From Clostridia bacterium (GTDB lineage: Bacteria > Bacillota > Clostridia > Oscillospirales > CAG-272), in NCBI GenBank assembly GCA_017550315.1, contig JAFZPN010000038.1, positions 4,419 through 68,418 on the forward strand: DNA of 64,000 bases, written 5' to 3'. Of this stretch, positions 63,351-64,000 are shown in pieces; position 1 is the first letter of the stretch, and each line of letters starts with the position of its first letter. Position numbers and translations under genes: made by a program. The notes below the pieces were generated by a model, which worked only from the letters and a program-made list of their open reading frames with translations, made no database searches and had not been told where the DNA came from.

Positions 63351-63563
63351 AAAGAGCCTCCTGCATCTCCCGTCCTATCGAAGGAACGGGAGGGACTGGG
63401 TTGGATGGATGCGGAAAATCTGCACCAAATTAAATATATTATACCGGATTCACCGTGAAATTACTATAAAAATCCTGTACGGAAAATCGTGAGTTTCTGA
63501 CCGTGGAACGTGCGCTTTTTGGGAGATTCTCTTCGTGGAATCGGTCGGCATCCGCGCTCAGGC

Positions 63564-64000
63564 TCACGCGTCCGTCATGACCCGGCGTCCGGTCTCGAAC
63601 GATTCGATCGCCGCGTGTGCCAGCCTCAGGGCGCGGAGTCCCTTTTCCGCGGGGACGGGCGGCTCGCGGCCTTCGAGGAGGGCGGGGATCAGGGCGTCGA
63701 GATGCCTATCAAGGTTGCGGTTGAAGCTTCTCTCGTCGTCCCGGAAGAACGCGGGATTCCACACCTCCGCGCGCCGGGAGTCCGCCGACTGGAAGCGATA
63801 GCCACGGACGGAGTCCTCCATCAGGATCCGCCCCTTCGTGCCGTTGATCTCGACGAAGTGGGACAGCGTGTAGTTCTCCGACGAATCAAAGGTCCCGAGG
63901 AAGGACCCGACACCGCCGCCCGCGAACCGGAGCGAGAGGGAGAAGGTGGAATAGCTCCCTTTGCCGGTCATGTCGGTCATCTCTGCCTCCACCGACGCGA
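63564..64000 (-). CDS. Partial CDS (C-terminal ~145 aa; N-terminus beyond window end): Gfo/Idh/MocA-family oxidoreductase
   Basis: The frame is open to position 64000; the track's 'M' at 63992 is an internal GTG. ...FVEINGTKGRILMED... and ...PPVPAEKGLRALRLAHAAIESFETGRRV are typical of the Gfo/Idh/MocA C-terminal alpha/beta domain. Confidence 0.55.
   Translation of the reverse strand, partial: ASVEAEMTDMTGKGSYSTFSLSLRFAGGGVGSFLGTFDSSENYTLSHFVEINGTKGRILMEDSVRGYRFQSADSRRAEVWNPAFFRDDERSFNRNLDRHLDALIPALLEGREPPVPAEKGLRALRLAHAAIESFETGRRVMTDA

Noticed and set aside
63367-63392. Hairpin (CTCCCGT...ACGGGAG, bulged 9-bp stem) 4 nt upstream of the SD of the 861-aa gene
   Set aside because: It could occlude or compete with the SD (its 5' arm contains CTCC). 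It is short, has no recognisable riboswitch architecture and cannot be evaluated without conservation data.
60456-63458. 1000-aa plus-strand ORF
   Set aside because: It is antisense to the 861-aa glycosidase-like gene and the binding-protein gene. It is Arg/Gly/Ala/Val-rich, low-complexity, has no motif and crosses an intergenic region. It is a shadow ORF.

Overview
GC-rich window; third codon positions are almost all G/C, which produces many long spurious antisense ORFs. It looks like a Gram-positive/Firmicutes-type anaerobe: AGGAGG Shine-Dalgarno sites, TTGACA-17nt-TATAAT promoters (often TGn-extended), lipobox lipoproteins and SLH domains. I call 47 protein-coding genes, two of them cut by the window edges. 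They fall into about 12 transcription units, delimited by 12 promoter candidates and 7 hairpin terminators. I saw no rRNA, tRNA, CRISPR array, transposase, integrase or phage gene. The content is mostly glycan breakdown. Predicted cytoplasmic glycosidases include two GH36-type, one GH4, a DUF4838, a GH20-like, a GH101/129-like, GH95-like, GH29-like and BNR/sialidase-like proteins, plus two paralogous large TIM-barrel enzymes. A few proteins are surface-exposed: a GH76-like lipoprotein with a (Glu-Pro)n linker, a 1023-aa orphan lipoprotein, an SLH-anchored lipase-like protein and an Ntn-amidase lipoprotein. There are also three paralogous orphan solute-binding lipoproteins and three URO-D/MtaA-like proteins. 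Most notable: (1) an operon (24685->19576, minus strand) encoding an eliminase-type glycyl radical enzyme, a DUF1861-like beta-propeller and a 646-aa glycosidase-like protein, with no radical-SAM activase anywhere in the window; (2) URO-D-superfamily paralogs carrying an H-x-C-G zinc-methyltransferase-type motif inside glycosidase operons; (3) a five-gene operon combining glycosidase, binding protein, WbsX-like protein, Cys-Ntn amide hydrolase and SLH-lipase; (4) an operon of unrecognisable membrane/secreted proteins led by a 1107-aa double-zinc-ribbon protein. All family calls come from motif recognition by eye, with no database search. They are hypotheses to confirm with HMM or structure searches.
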